64,000 nucleotides of DNA, taken from the NCBI GenBank assembly GCA_963812015.1, contig CAWETI010000002.1, forward strand, positions 1,248,001 to 1,312,000. Reading direction: 5' to 3'. This DNA is from an uncultured delta proteobacterium. GTDB lineage: Bacteria > Desulfobacterota > Desulfobaccia > Desulfobaccales > 0-14-0-80-60-11. Below the pieces are notes generated by a model. That model did not search any database. It was not told where the DNA came from and was given only the letters and a program-made list of their open reading frames with translations. Of the stretch, positions 1-9,294 are shown piece by piece. The translations under genes and the position numbers were made by a program. The stretch's first letter is position 1, and each line of letters opens with the position of its first letter.

Positions 1-438
1 CGGCCAATCTGCGACCCTCGTAACATGACCGTGCTTCACCGGATTGTAGTGAAGGTAATCTGCATGACGCTCATAGTCACCTTCATCACGGATGACGTGT
101 TCCCAAAAGCGTCGCTGCCAAATGGCTCGCTCTCCCTTCTTCAAACGCCGTGCTGAAAGTCTTTCCCCTGTGGAAATTTGTGCTGCAAATCGTGCCTTGA
201 TATCATGCCATCGGGTGGAAAAATCCGCATCCCCGGATGGCAAAGTCCAGATGCAATGCAGGTGATCGGGCAAAATAACGATGGCCTCGATGGTGAATGG
301 ACTGCGTCGGCGGGCCGCCTTGAAAACCTCCCGAAGATTCTCAATGTTTTCGGTCAAGAGTTTCCGGCGACGTTCCAGCAGCGTGACCGTGAAAAAGAAC
401 GTGCCGCCAGGAACAAAGGCGCGAATATATTGCGGCAT
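1..438 (-). CDS. REP-associated tyrosine transposase (RAYT/TnpA-REP, Y1 HUH family), 3' end runs off the window
   Basis: Not in the ORF track. Manual translation from ATG at 438: MPQYIRAFVPGGTFFFTVTLLERR...VILPDHLHCIWTLP...IWQRRFWEHVIRDEGDYERHADYLHYNPVKHG...ADWP. HLH (HUH), FWEH and Y-NPVKHG motifs; REPs directly upstream. Confidence 0.92.
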   Translation of the reverse strand, partial: MPQYIRAFVPGGTFFFTVTLLERRRKLLTENIENLREVFKAARRRSPFTIEAIVILPDHLHCIWTLPSGDADFSTRWHDIKARFAAQISTGERLSARRLKKGERAIWQRRFWEHVIRDEGDYERHADYLHYNPVKHGHVTRVADWP

Positions 439-464
439 AAGTTAGGTCTCACCTACTTGCCGAA

Positions 465-534
465 GGCGGGATGCGTTTCACTTTCCCGCACTAAGGCTAC
501 AAAAGGCGGGATGCGCTTCGCTTTCCCGCCCTAC
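465..534 (-). repeat. Two tandem GTAG-type REP palindromes upstream of RAYT
   Basis: 505-534 reads GTAG-GGCGGGAAAGCGAAGCGCATCCCGCC on the minus strand; 465-494 is a degenerate copy; an identical 30-mer is at 16261-16290. Confidence 0.88.
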
Positions 535-1686
535 GGCAAAAAGATAGAGGCGTTAAGTTTACAAAATAATTATACAATTAAAATCCCCCGCAGCAAACTC
601 ACTGTTATTTATGCGCAATCCGCGACTCGATAAGTAATATATTGATATCTATCAGATAGATAACAAAATTTGGAAACTAGAAGTAATCGGTATCAGGACT
701 CACCCACCGCTTCCCCTACCAGCATCTCTCCCTGTCGCAGGTTAAAGCGCACCATCACCCGGCGGTTATGCCAGGTCGGGGGGCCGGGGAAGGTCACCCG
801 GAGGTAGTGGTCGCTCAGGCCCTGAAGCCAGCCTTCCCGCTGGGCAGGTCCTTCCACCAGCACCTCTCGTACTTGGCCCAGTTGGGCATCCATGAACTGC
901 TGCCTTTTCTGTTGGCCCAGCTCCCGCATGATGCGGGCCCGTGCTTGAATTACCTGGCCCGGTAAGGAGGGCAGGTCGGCGGCGGGGGTGCCGGGCCGGG
1001 GGGAATAGGGGAAGACGTGGAGGTAGGTCACCGGCAGGCCGGCCACCAGGGAGCGGGTGGCTTCGAAGTCCTCGGCGGTCTCGCCGGGAAACCCCACCAG
1101 GACGTCCAGCCCCAGGCCCGGGCCGGGGAAGCGCCGGGTGATCTCCCGGACCAGGTCCCGAAACTCCTCCGGGCCGTAAGGCCGGCCCATGGCCGCCAGC
1201 ACCGGGGCGGCGCCGCTCTGGAGGGGCAGGTGAAAGTGGGGGCAAAAATCCCCCCAGGCCGCCAGGGCGTCCAGGAGTTCCGTGGTCACCATCTGGGGCT
1301 CCAGGGAAGAAAGGCGCACCCGGAAGGGCTTTTTCGTAATTTTCGTAAGTTGCCGCACCAGCGCCGCGAGGCTGGAGGGCGGCGTATGATCCAGCCCGTA
1401 CTGGCCCAGGTCCACCCCGGTGAGGACCACTTCCTGGTAGCCCAGGCGGGCCAACTCCTGAAAGGCCGTGAGCACCGCGGCGGGGTCCAGGCTGCGCCGG
1501 GGGCCCCGGACCTGGGGGACGATGCAGTAGCGGCACTGATGGTTGCAGCCCTCCTGGATCTTGAGCCAGGCCCGGGTGTGGCCGGGAACGGCGTGGACCG
1601 GCCAGGGCCGGAAGGGAGGCGCTTGGGAGAAAGGGGCCACCAGACGCCGGGGCTCACCGGAGGGGGGGAAGCCGTGGTTTCCCCCC

Positions 1687-1785
1687 ACCCCCACCCCAGC
1701 CCTCCCCCATCAAGGGGGAGGGAGCATCACCTCCACCCCGCCCCCCGCCCCTCATTGGGGAGGGAGAGACGGTTGCGTCCAACGG
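1687..1785. repeat. About 3 degenerate copies of a CCCTCCCCC..GGGGGAGGG palindromic repeat inside the mtaB linker
   Basis: CCCCAGCCCTCCCCCATCAAGGGGGAGGG and related copies, translated as SPSPLD / SPSPMRGGGRGGG / PSPLMGEGWGGG. Confidence 0.7.
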
Positions 1786-2203
1786 GGAGGGAGAATCGGG
1801 GCGGTCCGGAGGTGAAAGGGGATCGGCCAGGCCGGGGGGGCAAGGCGGGGCATCAACCGCCAGGCCCGGGCGGCACTCATTCAGGATGAGGGCCAGGCGC
1901 ACTTTTTCCTGGTTGCCGAAAACGACCTGAACTCCCGGCAGGGCCGCCACCTCCGCCGGGGCCCGCTGGGCATAGCAGCCGGTGACCCAGATGGGCAGGC
2001 CGGGGTGCTCCCGGGCCAGGCGGCGTATGGTCTGGCGGGCCTGCTGATCGGCCCGGGCCGTGACGGTGCAGGTGTTCACCACGAGCAGGTCCGGAACCGC
2101 GCCGGGAGGCGCGACGCACCACCCCAAAGCCGTGAGCTCCCGGGCCATACCGGCGGTGTCACCCTGGTTCACCTTGCAGCCGAAGGTGATGAGATGAAAA
2201 AGA

Positions 2204-2235
<32 letters not shown>

Positions 2236-2397
2236 GACCATTTTCAAGGGCTTCGTCGGAAAGAGTCAAAATCTCCAATTTTTGCTAAGATTTGGGAAAA
2301 AGACCTGAAGGTCTCGAAAACTTTTTTGCCTCTCTCTATCGTCATCATACTTTTGGGAGGTAAGATTGCAAATCTTAGAAGCACGGGTAATGATGAT

Positions 2398-2418
2398 GGT
2401 GGGCAATGCCCACCCTAC
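2398..2418 (-). repeat. Single GTAG-type REP of a second family
   Basis: Minus strand reads GTAG-GGTGGGCA-T-TGCCCACC (perfect hairpin). Confidence 0.75.
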
Positions 2419-2444
2419 ATTTTTCCGCGACCACTGACTACTGA

Positions 2445-3494
2445 CTACCTTATCCGTGCTTCGATCCAGCCGCCGCCCAGGAGCCGGTCGCCGTCATAGA
2501 AGGCCACGGCCTGGCCCGGGGCCACGGCCGGCTGGGGGGAGGCAAAGATCACCTGGACCCCGTGGGGGCCCGGGGGAGAAATCCGGGACAGCACCCCGGG
2601 GTGGCGGTAGCGGATCATCGCCAGAGCCTCCAGTTCCCCGGTGGGCGGGTCGATGAGCCAGTTCATTTGGGAGGCCATAAGTCCCGAGCAGAAGAGTTCC
2701 GGCCGATGGCCCAGGACCACGCGGTTCAGTTCGGGCTGGATATCGACCACGTAATAAGGCTCCCGGGCCGGGAGACCCAGCCCCCGGCGCTGTCCCACCG
2801 TATAACCTTCCAGGCCGTGGTGCCGACCCAGGAAGCGCCCCCCGGGGTCCACGAAATCGCCGGGAGGTCCGGAAAAGCCCCGACGGGTCCGGAGGAATTC
2901 CTGGTAGCCGCCCTTAGGGATGAAACACAACTCCATGCTCTCCGGTTCGTGGCCCCGGACGGGCAATCCCACCTCGCCATAGACCCTCCGCACCTCATCT
3001 TTGGTTATCCGCCCCAGGGGGAAGAGAAGATTGGGCAGCAGGCTCCGGGGCAGACGGCTGAGGAAATAGGACTGATCCTTGCGGCGGTCCACGCCCCGGA
3101 ACAGACCCGGGGCGCCATCGCCGGCCGGGTTAAGCCGGGCGTAATGGCCGGTGGCCAGGTGGGTGAAGCCCTCTTCCTTAAGATACTCCCACAGGCGCCC
3201 GAACTTGATGGCCGCGTTGCACCGGACGCAGGGGTTGGGGGTGCGGCCCCGGCCATACTCGGAGACAAAATAATCCAACACCTCTTGGGCGAATTTTTGT
3301 TGGAGGTCGATCACCTGCAGGGGAATATCCAGGCATTGGGCCAGGGCTTCAACCCGGTCTGGCGGCGGAGCCTGAGGAGACAGGCGCAGGTGGACGGCCT
3401 GGAGGTTGCAGCCCCGGCGGCGCAAGAGGGCGGCGGCCACGGCGCTGTCCACCCCGCCGGACAGGGCTATGGCTACCTTGGGGTGGAGAGACAT
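2445..3494 (-). CDS. mnmA: tRNA-specific 2-thiouridylase MnmA
   Basis: SGGVDS, GRTPNPCVRCN, ATGHY, KDQSYF, YTVGQRRGLG and APGQAVAFY motifs. Confidence 0.96.
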   Translation of the reverse strand: MSLHPKVAIALSGGVDSAVAAALLRRRGCNLQAVHLRLSPQAPPPDRVEALAQCLDIPLQVIDLQQKFAQEVLDYFVSEYGRGRTPNPCVRCNAAIKFGRLWEYLKEEGFTHLATGHYARLNPAGDGAPGLFRGVDRRKDQSYFLSRLPRSLLPNLLFPLGRITKDEVRRVYGEVGLPVRGHEPESMELCFIPKGGYQEFLRTRRGFSGPPGDFVDPGGRFLGRHHGLEGYTVGQRRGLGLPAREPYYVVDIQPELNRVVLGHRPELFCSGLMASQMNWLIDPPTGELEALAMIRYRHPGVLSRISPPGPHGVQVIFASPQPAVAPGQAVAFYDGDRLLGGGWIEARIR

Positions 3495-3627
3495 TGCAGT
3501 AGATGTTTAGCGATAAAGAGAATGTCCACAAATCGACTCACAGCGTTAATTATATAATTTATTGATATGGTTGGGGATATTAATTGTCAGGCGGAAGGCA
3601 GCTTTTTTAGTTCAAGATTCAAAACAT

Positions 3628-3984
3628 TTACTGGCTGGGGCCGGGGCTAAAGGCTGGACCTTCCATGAAGTTCAGGGCCACCCCCGCCGGGGAACCGTCG
3701 GGTCCCGGGGGCTCGAAGCGAACTACCTCGCCGGTGGCTTGCAGGTGGGAGATGTTGGCGTCTTCCAGATAGGGCAGGGGGGCGAAAATGGTCAGGGAGA
3801 GGATTTGACCCAGTTGGAAGGAGATGCCCGGGTCCACATAAAAATAGGCCCCGCCCAGGCTGATGTCCCGGAGGACGCCTCGCCCCTTAAAGGGGGTGTC
3901 GGTATCGGGGTGGCGGGTATGGTACTCCACCGGCAGGGAGACCATGATGCGGTTAAACCGTCTTCTTTCCAGCGGGAAGGTCAT
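3628..3984 (-). CDS. Single-domain PilZ protein (c-di-GMP receptor)
   Basis: ERRRFNR (RxxxR) and DISLGG (DxSxxG) motifs; GEVVR...GVALNF. Confidence 0.85.
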   Translation of the reverse strand: MTFPLERRRFNRIMVSLPVEYHTRHPDTDTPFKGRGVLRDISLGGAYFYVDPGISFQLGQILSLTIFAPLPYLEDANISHLQATGEVVRFEPPGPDGSPAGVALNFMEGPAFSPGPSQ

Positions 3985-4035
3985 TAACCAGCCTTGAGAG
4001 AACTTTAACAAAAATCAGAAATGTCATAGTTTTCT

Positions 4036-4052
4036 TGCAGAGGTTGTGCCAA
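4036..4052 (-). promoter_or_regulatory. sigma54 (-24/-12) promoter for the PilZ gene
   Basis: Minus strand TTGGCACAACCTCTGCA = GG-N10-GC, about 50 nt upstream of the ATG. Confidence 0.7.
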
Positions 4053-4185
4053 TTACTCAAGAGAGTCGGACCAAAATCGGTCCGGCAGCTTCGGCCAGAT
4101 AATCCTTGACGGGGCTAAGCCTATACTTTATCATACTAAAAAAATTACTAAAAAGTGCCGTGAGCACCCGGCTCCACTACCTATC

Positions 4186-5004
4186 ATGTCCCATATCGTG
4201 GCCATCATCAACCAGAAGGGAGGTACGGGCAAAACCACTACCACCCTTAACCTGGGGGCCGCCCTGGCCTACCAGGGATACCGCACCCTGATTGTCGATC
4301 TGGACCCCCAGGGGCACACCAGTATCGGCATCGGCATCGAGCCTGACGCCATCACCAGTTCCATGGCGGACATCCTCATCGTTCCGAAAAAGCCCATTAC
4401 TGATGTGGTGATGTCCACTTACATCCTGGGGTTGGATATTGTGCCGGCCCATATCCATTTGGCCCGGGCGGCGGAGCAGGTCTATACCCGGGTCTACCGG
4501 GAAGCGATTCTGGCCAATGCCCTGAAGGGGATTGATTATGACTTTGTGCTCATCGACTGCCCGCCCTCTCTGGGGGTCCTGACCACCAATTCCCTCTACG
4601 CCTGCGACTTCATCGTCATTCCCTGCCAGATCTCCCGCTATTCCCTGGATGGCCTGGCGGACTTGCTCACCACGGTGGAGACCGTGAAGAACCTGTCCCT
4701 GGAGGATCTTTTTCAGGAAGATCTCTTCCGCATTCTGCTAACCATGTATGACAAACGCAATAGCGTCACGAATGAGTACATTTTAGAGCAGTTGAAACCG
4801 TATCGGGACAAAACGTTCTCGACGATCATCATGAAAAATGAGGCCTTGAACCAGGCCCAGATAGCTCAGAAAGCGATTTTCGATTACGAACCCAAGTCGT
4901 CCGGGTCCGCAGATTATTTACAACTCGGCCTTGAATTTCTGGAAATATGGCGAAAAAGAAACAGTTTGCCGGCAAGAAGACCAAGCTTGCGCGGCTGCCG
5001 CTAA
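4186..5004 (+). CDS. ParA/Soj family ATPase (orphan, no parB adjacent)
   Basis: NQKGGTGKTT deviant Walker A, DLDPQG, IDCPPSLG; TTGACG-17-TATCAT promoter at 4106-4134. Confidence 0.92.
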   Translation: MSHIVAIINQKGGTGKTTTTLNLGAALAYQGYRTLIVDLDPQGHTSIGIGIEPDAITSSMADILIVPKKPITDVVMSTYILGLDIVPAHIHLARAAEQVYTRVYREAILANALKGIDYDFVLIDCPPSLGVLTTNSLYACDFIVIPCQISRYSLDGLADLLTTVETVKNLSLEDLFQEDLFRILLTMYDKRNSVTNEYILEQLKPYRDKTFSTIIMKNEALNQAQIAQKAIFDYEPKSSGSADYLQLGLEFLEIWRKRNSLPARRPSLRGCR

Positions 5005-5327
5005 CCCAGGCGTTGGCCAACCATGCCGAGGAGGGGGCGCTGTGGTCGCCGCCTCCGACTCCCCCTTTATCTGTACCTACCCAATTTCCCCTGACGTGGG
5101 ATGAGGTCAGCGCCGGCCGCGGGGAACCGCTGGCGGCGGCGTTCCTCGCCCTGGTCCGGGAACTGGCGGAACTCCAGGGGGACTTGCACTCTCCCCCGGA
5201 GCCCCCGGCGGTAAATCATCGGACTTTCCTGCCCGACCGGGTTCCCCAGGCGCCTCGGATCATGCACGCCCTGCACCAGGCCCGGCAAAGCCTCCTGGAC
5301 CTGCAGAGTCTTTTGTCCCGCCGTTAG
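4947..5327 (+). CDS. Hypothetical protein overlapping the ParA 3' end (possible partner)
   Basis: 126-aa ORF with a basic N-terminus, co-oriented with and overlapping parA; no recognised family. Confidence 0.45.
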   Translation: MAKKKQFAGKKTKLARLPLTQALANHAEEGALWSPPPTPPLSVPTQFPLTWDEVSAGRGEPLAAAFLALVRELAELQGDLHSPPEPPAVNHRTFLPDRVPQAPRIMHALHQARQSLLDLQSLLSRR

Positions 5328-5479
5328 TTACGCCAGGTCTTGCTTAAAAAAAGCTTGCGTTGCCGGGGTGCCGCCAAGGCCCGGTGGATTTCTGCCCCCG
5401 GGGGATTTTTCTCTCAAAGGGGCCACGCCGGTGGCTTGCTGACCTGGGGAAACTTCAGAAACGGGGGGAGCTGGGGGAT

Positions 5480-5517
5480 AAAAAAAGGGCCAGGGGGGGT
5501 CTTGCGACTCCTGGCCC
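5480..5517 (-). terminator. Intrinsic terminator downstream of the TPR gene
   Basis: Minus strand GGGCCAGG...CCTGGCCC stem followed by a T7 run. Confidence 0.7.
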
Positions 5518-5625
5518 CCGAAATGAGATTAATCGGAAGCAAAACTAATCGGTTTACCTACTCATCATCCAGTAGCGCCAGATAAGACGAAAAACGGGGC
5601 GGAAGGGGCGCAAAGGCCCCTAAGA

Positions 5626-6144
5626 TTACTTCGCCTTTTGCTGGGGCGCCACTGGCGACATCGGCGGGGCGCTACCGGCAGGCGCCGCAGTACCCGTCGC
5701 TGCAATCTTGGCCTCGAGTTTCTTGATGTTCTCAGCAATGATCGGCGCTATGGAGCTTTTTTCGCCCTTTTCACGCAGGGGTTTAACCGCCAGACAGCCG
5801 CCGCCAGCAAAGCAGGTTTGAGTTACCTTGTCGAAATACTCCTCAGCATGGGTGGTGGCATCTTTCAGGTTGGCCAGGGCATCATTCAGTTTGCCTTCCC
5901 GTTCCTCCAGCACCGCCATGTTGTTGAGGGCAAAGGGGTTGTAACGATCCCGCTTCACCGCGGTGGCGAATTGGCTTTTGGCAGCCTCGTATTTGCCTTC
6001 CCGGACTAAGTCATAGCCCAAGGCTATGGGGGTGAAGGAATCCATGTCCATCAAGGCGCCGCCCTTGGGCTGGGCCAGCACCGGCAGTGCCATGAACAGG
6101 CAGAGAGCCGCTATTACGGTGAAAATGAAATATTTTCGCATCAT
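5626..6144 (-). CDS. Exported tetratricopeptide-repeat protein
   Basis: Signal peptide (…PVLA|QP); TPR-like helices (GKYEAAKSQF…NPFALNNMAVL); AGGAG RBS. Confidence 0.75.
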   Translation of the reverse strand: MMRKYFIFTVIAALCLFMALPVLAQPKGGALMDMDSFTPIALGYDLVREGKYEAAKSQFATAVKRDRYNPFALNNMAVLEEREGKLNDALANLKDATTHAEEYFDKVTQTCFAGGGCLAVKPLREKGEKSSIAPIIAENIKKLEAKIAATGTAAPAGSAPPMSPVAPQQKAK

Positions 6145-6417
6145 ATCTCTCCTTGAAATTTTAAGACATTAAGTCAAACCCGCCCCGTTTGACCTGCATT
6201 AGATAATTAAGGATTTTTTCATCAATGTCAAGGAAAGTACTACGGTAAACCGATTTTAAGGCAGTTTTCCCTTAAAAAATTATCCATCCAGGTCCAGGCG
6301 AGATACCCGGCCCCCGCCTGGCACAAAAGTACTATTCGACTCCATGACAGAAGTACTTGAACGTTTTACTGTTCCCCGGCCTGGAACCAGGGAACCCTGG
6401 CCTTGCCCGGGCTTGCT

Positions 6418-7215
6418 TCAGCCCCGGATGCCGAAGCGTTCCCGGATCACCGGTCGCCAGCGGCGGGGGCCGTCCAGATCCAGATTCACGCTGAGGATCG
6501 CTTCGCTTTCCCCGGCCCGGAGCACGATCCAGGCGGCGAGGTCATCCCACCCCCGCACCTGCCGGGCCAGATCGGCGTTATCCGTCGGCGCCGGGGGCTG
6601 GATGGCGAAGGACCCGCCCCCTTGGAGGGCATAGTGGCGTCCGGCAATTTCGACCACGGCTGCCGCGGTATTCACTGCCACCACCGGCAGGTAATAATCA
6701 AAGGCCCGGGTCAGGGCCCCGGTTTGCCAGTGGCCCTGGAGAATGGGGAAGATGGCGGGATTGACGATGAGATCGGCCCCCGCCTCCGCCAGGCGCCGGG
6801 CCGCCTCGGGCTGACCCCAAAAATCGATGCACACCGGCAGGCCCAGGCGACCGAAGTCGGTGTCCCACACCTGCCAGTTCTCCCCGGGAACCACCCCGAA
6901 GCCCCGGCGCTCCAGGTTGCCCAGGTTGTGCTTGCGCTGGCGGCCCCACAACCGGCCCCGGCGGTCGAACAGGGTGGCGGTATTGTAGCGCTCCCCCCCG
7001 GCTTCTTCCACCAGGCCGGCGATGATATAGGCCTGGAGGCGACCCGCCGCCGCAGCCAGTTCGTCCTCGCCGCAGAAGGGGAAATATTCGGGAAAGCAGA
7101 TCAAATCCGCTCCCTGCCTCTGGCAGCCCTGGAGCAGCTTCAGGGCCCGGTCCAGATTTTCCCGGCTGTCCAGGCGAGGCGCCGGCAGGGCCTGGATGAC
7201 AATGATTTTGGCCAT
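6418..7215 (-). CDS. Carbon-nitrogen hydrolase (nitrilase superfamily)
   Basis: ICFPEY (Glu), QRKHNL (Lys) and VCIDFW (Cys) catalytic triad contexts. Confidence 0.9.
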   Translation of the reverse strand: MAKIIVIQALPAPRLDSRENLDRALKLLQGCQRQGADLICFPEYFPFCGEDELAAAAGRLQAYIIAGLVEEAGGERYNTATLFDRRGRLWGRQRKHNLGNLERRGFGVVPGENWQVWDTDFGRLGLPVCIDFWGQPEAARRLAEAGADLIVNPAIFPILQGHWQTGALTRAFDYYLPVVAVNTAAAVVEIAGRHYALQGGGSFAIQPPAPTDNADLARQVRGWDDLAAWIVLRAGESEAILSVNLDLDGPRRWRPVIRERFGIRG

Positions 7216-7357
7216 GTGGTTTTCCTTATCTCGATGGAGCACCTGTTGCGCACCTCCAATGTACCACCGGGACGGCCGGACCCCCAGGGTTTTATGAGGA
7301 TGGATTGCGTTCCAGGAATATCAGGCAAAAATATTCCCATTTTTTGGGAAGGTTTTC

Positions 7358-7385
7358 GTCGGGGCGATTCGCGCACCGCCCCGAC
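7358..7385. repeat. REP-like palindrome
   Basis: GTCGGGGCG-attcgcgcac-CGCCCCGAC. Confidence 0.55.
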
Positions 7386-7532
7386 AACGGGCTCTGGGAA
7401 TGGGAGCCGGAATTGGCAAGATATTTCCGGGACACGAGGCCAGGCCCTCCTTTAAGCCGGTAAAATTTACCTTAATGGAAAAAAATTCCGAGGAATAAAG
7501 CGGGAGAAAAATAATCAGCACCGGAGGCGAAG

Positions 7533-8093
7533 TTGCCCGACTGGCTGCATGGCTTGGGTCCCTGGCTAAAAGCCCACCCTGACTTGATCTTCCCGCTCCT
7601 GCTCAGCCTGGTCATGGCCGGCTGGGACCTCAAGACCAGATGTATTCCCAACTATCTGACCCTTGGCGGCGCCCTGGCGGGTTTGGGGGTTCAACTGGGG
7701 TATCATGGTCTTCCGGGTCTCCTGGACGGGTTAGCGGGACTGGGGCTGGGGCTTGCCTTGTTTATCGGGCCCTATGTGCTGGGGGGCATGGGCGCGGGGG
7801 ATGTCAAGGCCAGCGCGGCTCTGGGGGCCTGGCTGGGACTGCGGCCCGCCTTGGCCTTCTTCATTTATATAGGAATCTCTGGAGGGGTGATCATCCTGGT
7901 CCTCTGGCTGTGGCAGGGACGTCTCCTGGCCGGGCTTCGCCAGGGATGGCATTTCCTCCTGAACTGGTGCCTCTGCCGTCCGTTCGGCGTCAAACCGCCC
8001 CCACCTGAGTCTCTCAAGCACACCTCCATTCCCTATGGCGCGGCCGTGGCCCTGGGCATGGTCGTGCTCTGCTGGCGCCGGGGCGCCCCGTAA
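7533..8093 (+). CDS. cpaA: Flp prepilin peptidase (A24, CpaA/TadV)
   Basis: WDLKTRCIPN, GGMGAGDVK and IPYGAAV motifs; hydrophobic; TTG start with GGAGG RBS. Confidence 0.88.
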   Translation: MPDWLHGLGPWLKAHPDLIFPLLLSLVMAGWDLKTRCIPNYLTLGGALAGLGVQLGYHGLPGLLDGLAGLGLGLALFIGPYVLGGMGAGDVKASAALGAWLGLRPALAFFIYIGISGGVIILVLWLWQGRLLAGLRQGWHFLLNWCLCRPFGVKPPPPESLKHTSIPYGAAVALGMVVLCWRRGAP

Positions 8094-8289
8094 GCGTCTG
8101 GCGCCGCCCTTCCCCCGCGGTGGGCTTTGCCCCTCCGGTTGCTTTTGCCACCGATCCCTGGTAAAAAAGCACAGGGTGTGATTTTTCCTTGCAGGTTTGA
8201 GGCCCTGGGGCCATCAACCTCGCGGCAGCCTATCTTGTGGCTGGCCCCGGCATCCGCATCTTCCCCGTGGCGCTTAGTGGAGAGTACTT

Positions 8290-9294
8290 ATGCTCATCGT
8301 AATGGACAAGGACGCGACCGACGCCCAGATTCGAGCGGTGGTGGCTAAAATCGGGAACCTGGGATTCGAGGCCCAGCCCATGCCCGGGGGAGAACGGGTG
8401 GCCATCGCCATTTTGCGCAATGCCGGGCCGGTGGACCCGGCCCTGTTCGTGGATATGGTCGGGGTGATCCAGGCTATCCCGGTCTCACGGCCTTATAAGC
8501 TGGTCAGTCGGGAAATGAAGCGGGAGGACACCATCATCCACCTGCCCGGACTGGACCTGGGCCGGAGAAATTTTGTGGTCATCGCCGGCCCCTGCGCCGT
8601 GGAAAGCGAAACCCAGGCCCTGACCATCGCCCAAAGCGTCAAGGCCGCCGGGGCTCGCATCTTCCGGGGGGGCGCCTACAAGCCCCGCACCTCCCCTTAC
8701 AGTTACCAGGGACTGGGGAAGCCCGGCCTGAAGATTCTGGCGAAGGTCCGGGAAGAGACGGGGCTGCTCATCGTCACCGAGGCCGTGGACCAGGAGTCTC
8801 TGAAACTGGTGGCCGAATATACCGACATCATCCAGATCGGCGCCCGGAATATGCAGAACTTCAGCCTGCTGCGTTGTGCCGGCCGCACCAGGAAGCCGGT
8901 GATGCTCAAGCGGGGCATGTACGCCACCCTGGATGAGTGGTTCATGGCCGCGGAATACATCATGTCGGAGGGTAACTCCCAGGTGATTCTCTGCGAGCGG
9001 GGGGTGCGGACCATTGGCGAGCATGCCCGGAATCTCCTGGATTTGGCCACCATCCCGGCGGTGCGCCGGGAGAGCCATCTGCCCATCATCGCCGACCCCA
9101 GCCACGCCGCCGGCCGCCGGGACCTGGTGGCGCCGTTGGCCCGGGCCGCGGTGGCTGCAGGCGCCGACGGCCTGATGATCGAAGTCCATCATGAGCCGGA
9201 AAAGGCCATGTCCGACGGGGCCCAGTCTCTCTATCCCAACCAGTTCCAAGCCTTGATGGAGGAAATTCGCACCCTGCGCCCCGGGGGCTGGTGA
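8290..9294 (+). CDS. aroF: DAHP synthase type I-beta with N-terminal regulatory domain
   Basis: IAGPCAVES, GAYKPRTSPYS, QIGARNMQN, LCERG and DPSHA motifs. Confidence 0.95.
   Translation: MLIVMDKDATDAQIRAVVAKIGNLGFEAQPMPGGERVAIAILRNAGPVDPALFVDMVGVIQAIPVSRPYKLVSREMKREDTIIHLPGLDLGRRNFVVIAGPCAVESETQALTIAQSVKAAGARIFRGGAYKPRTSPYSYQGLGKPGLKILAKVREETGLLIVTEAVDQESLKLVAEYTDIIQIGARNMQNFSLLRCAGRTRKPVMLKRGMYATLDEWFMAAEYIMSEGNSQVILCERGVRTIGEHARNLLDLATIPAVRRESHLPIIADPSHAAGRRDLVAPLARAAVAAGADGLMIEVHHEPEKAMSDGAQSLYPNQFQALMEEIRTLRPGGW

Noticed and set aside
178..633. 151-aa plus-strand ORF
   Set aside because: Antisense shadow of the RAYT gene and its REPs.
1676..1690. Programmed -1 frameshift at GGGAAAC in mtaB
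   Set aside because: Joining the ORFs needs +1; the heptamer is in the wrong phase.
5518..5625. 3'-UTR-derived sRNA behind the TPR gene
   Set aside because: Two hairpins are present but there is no promoter or recognisable motif; not supportable.
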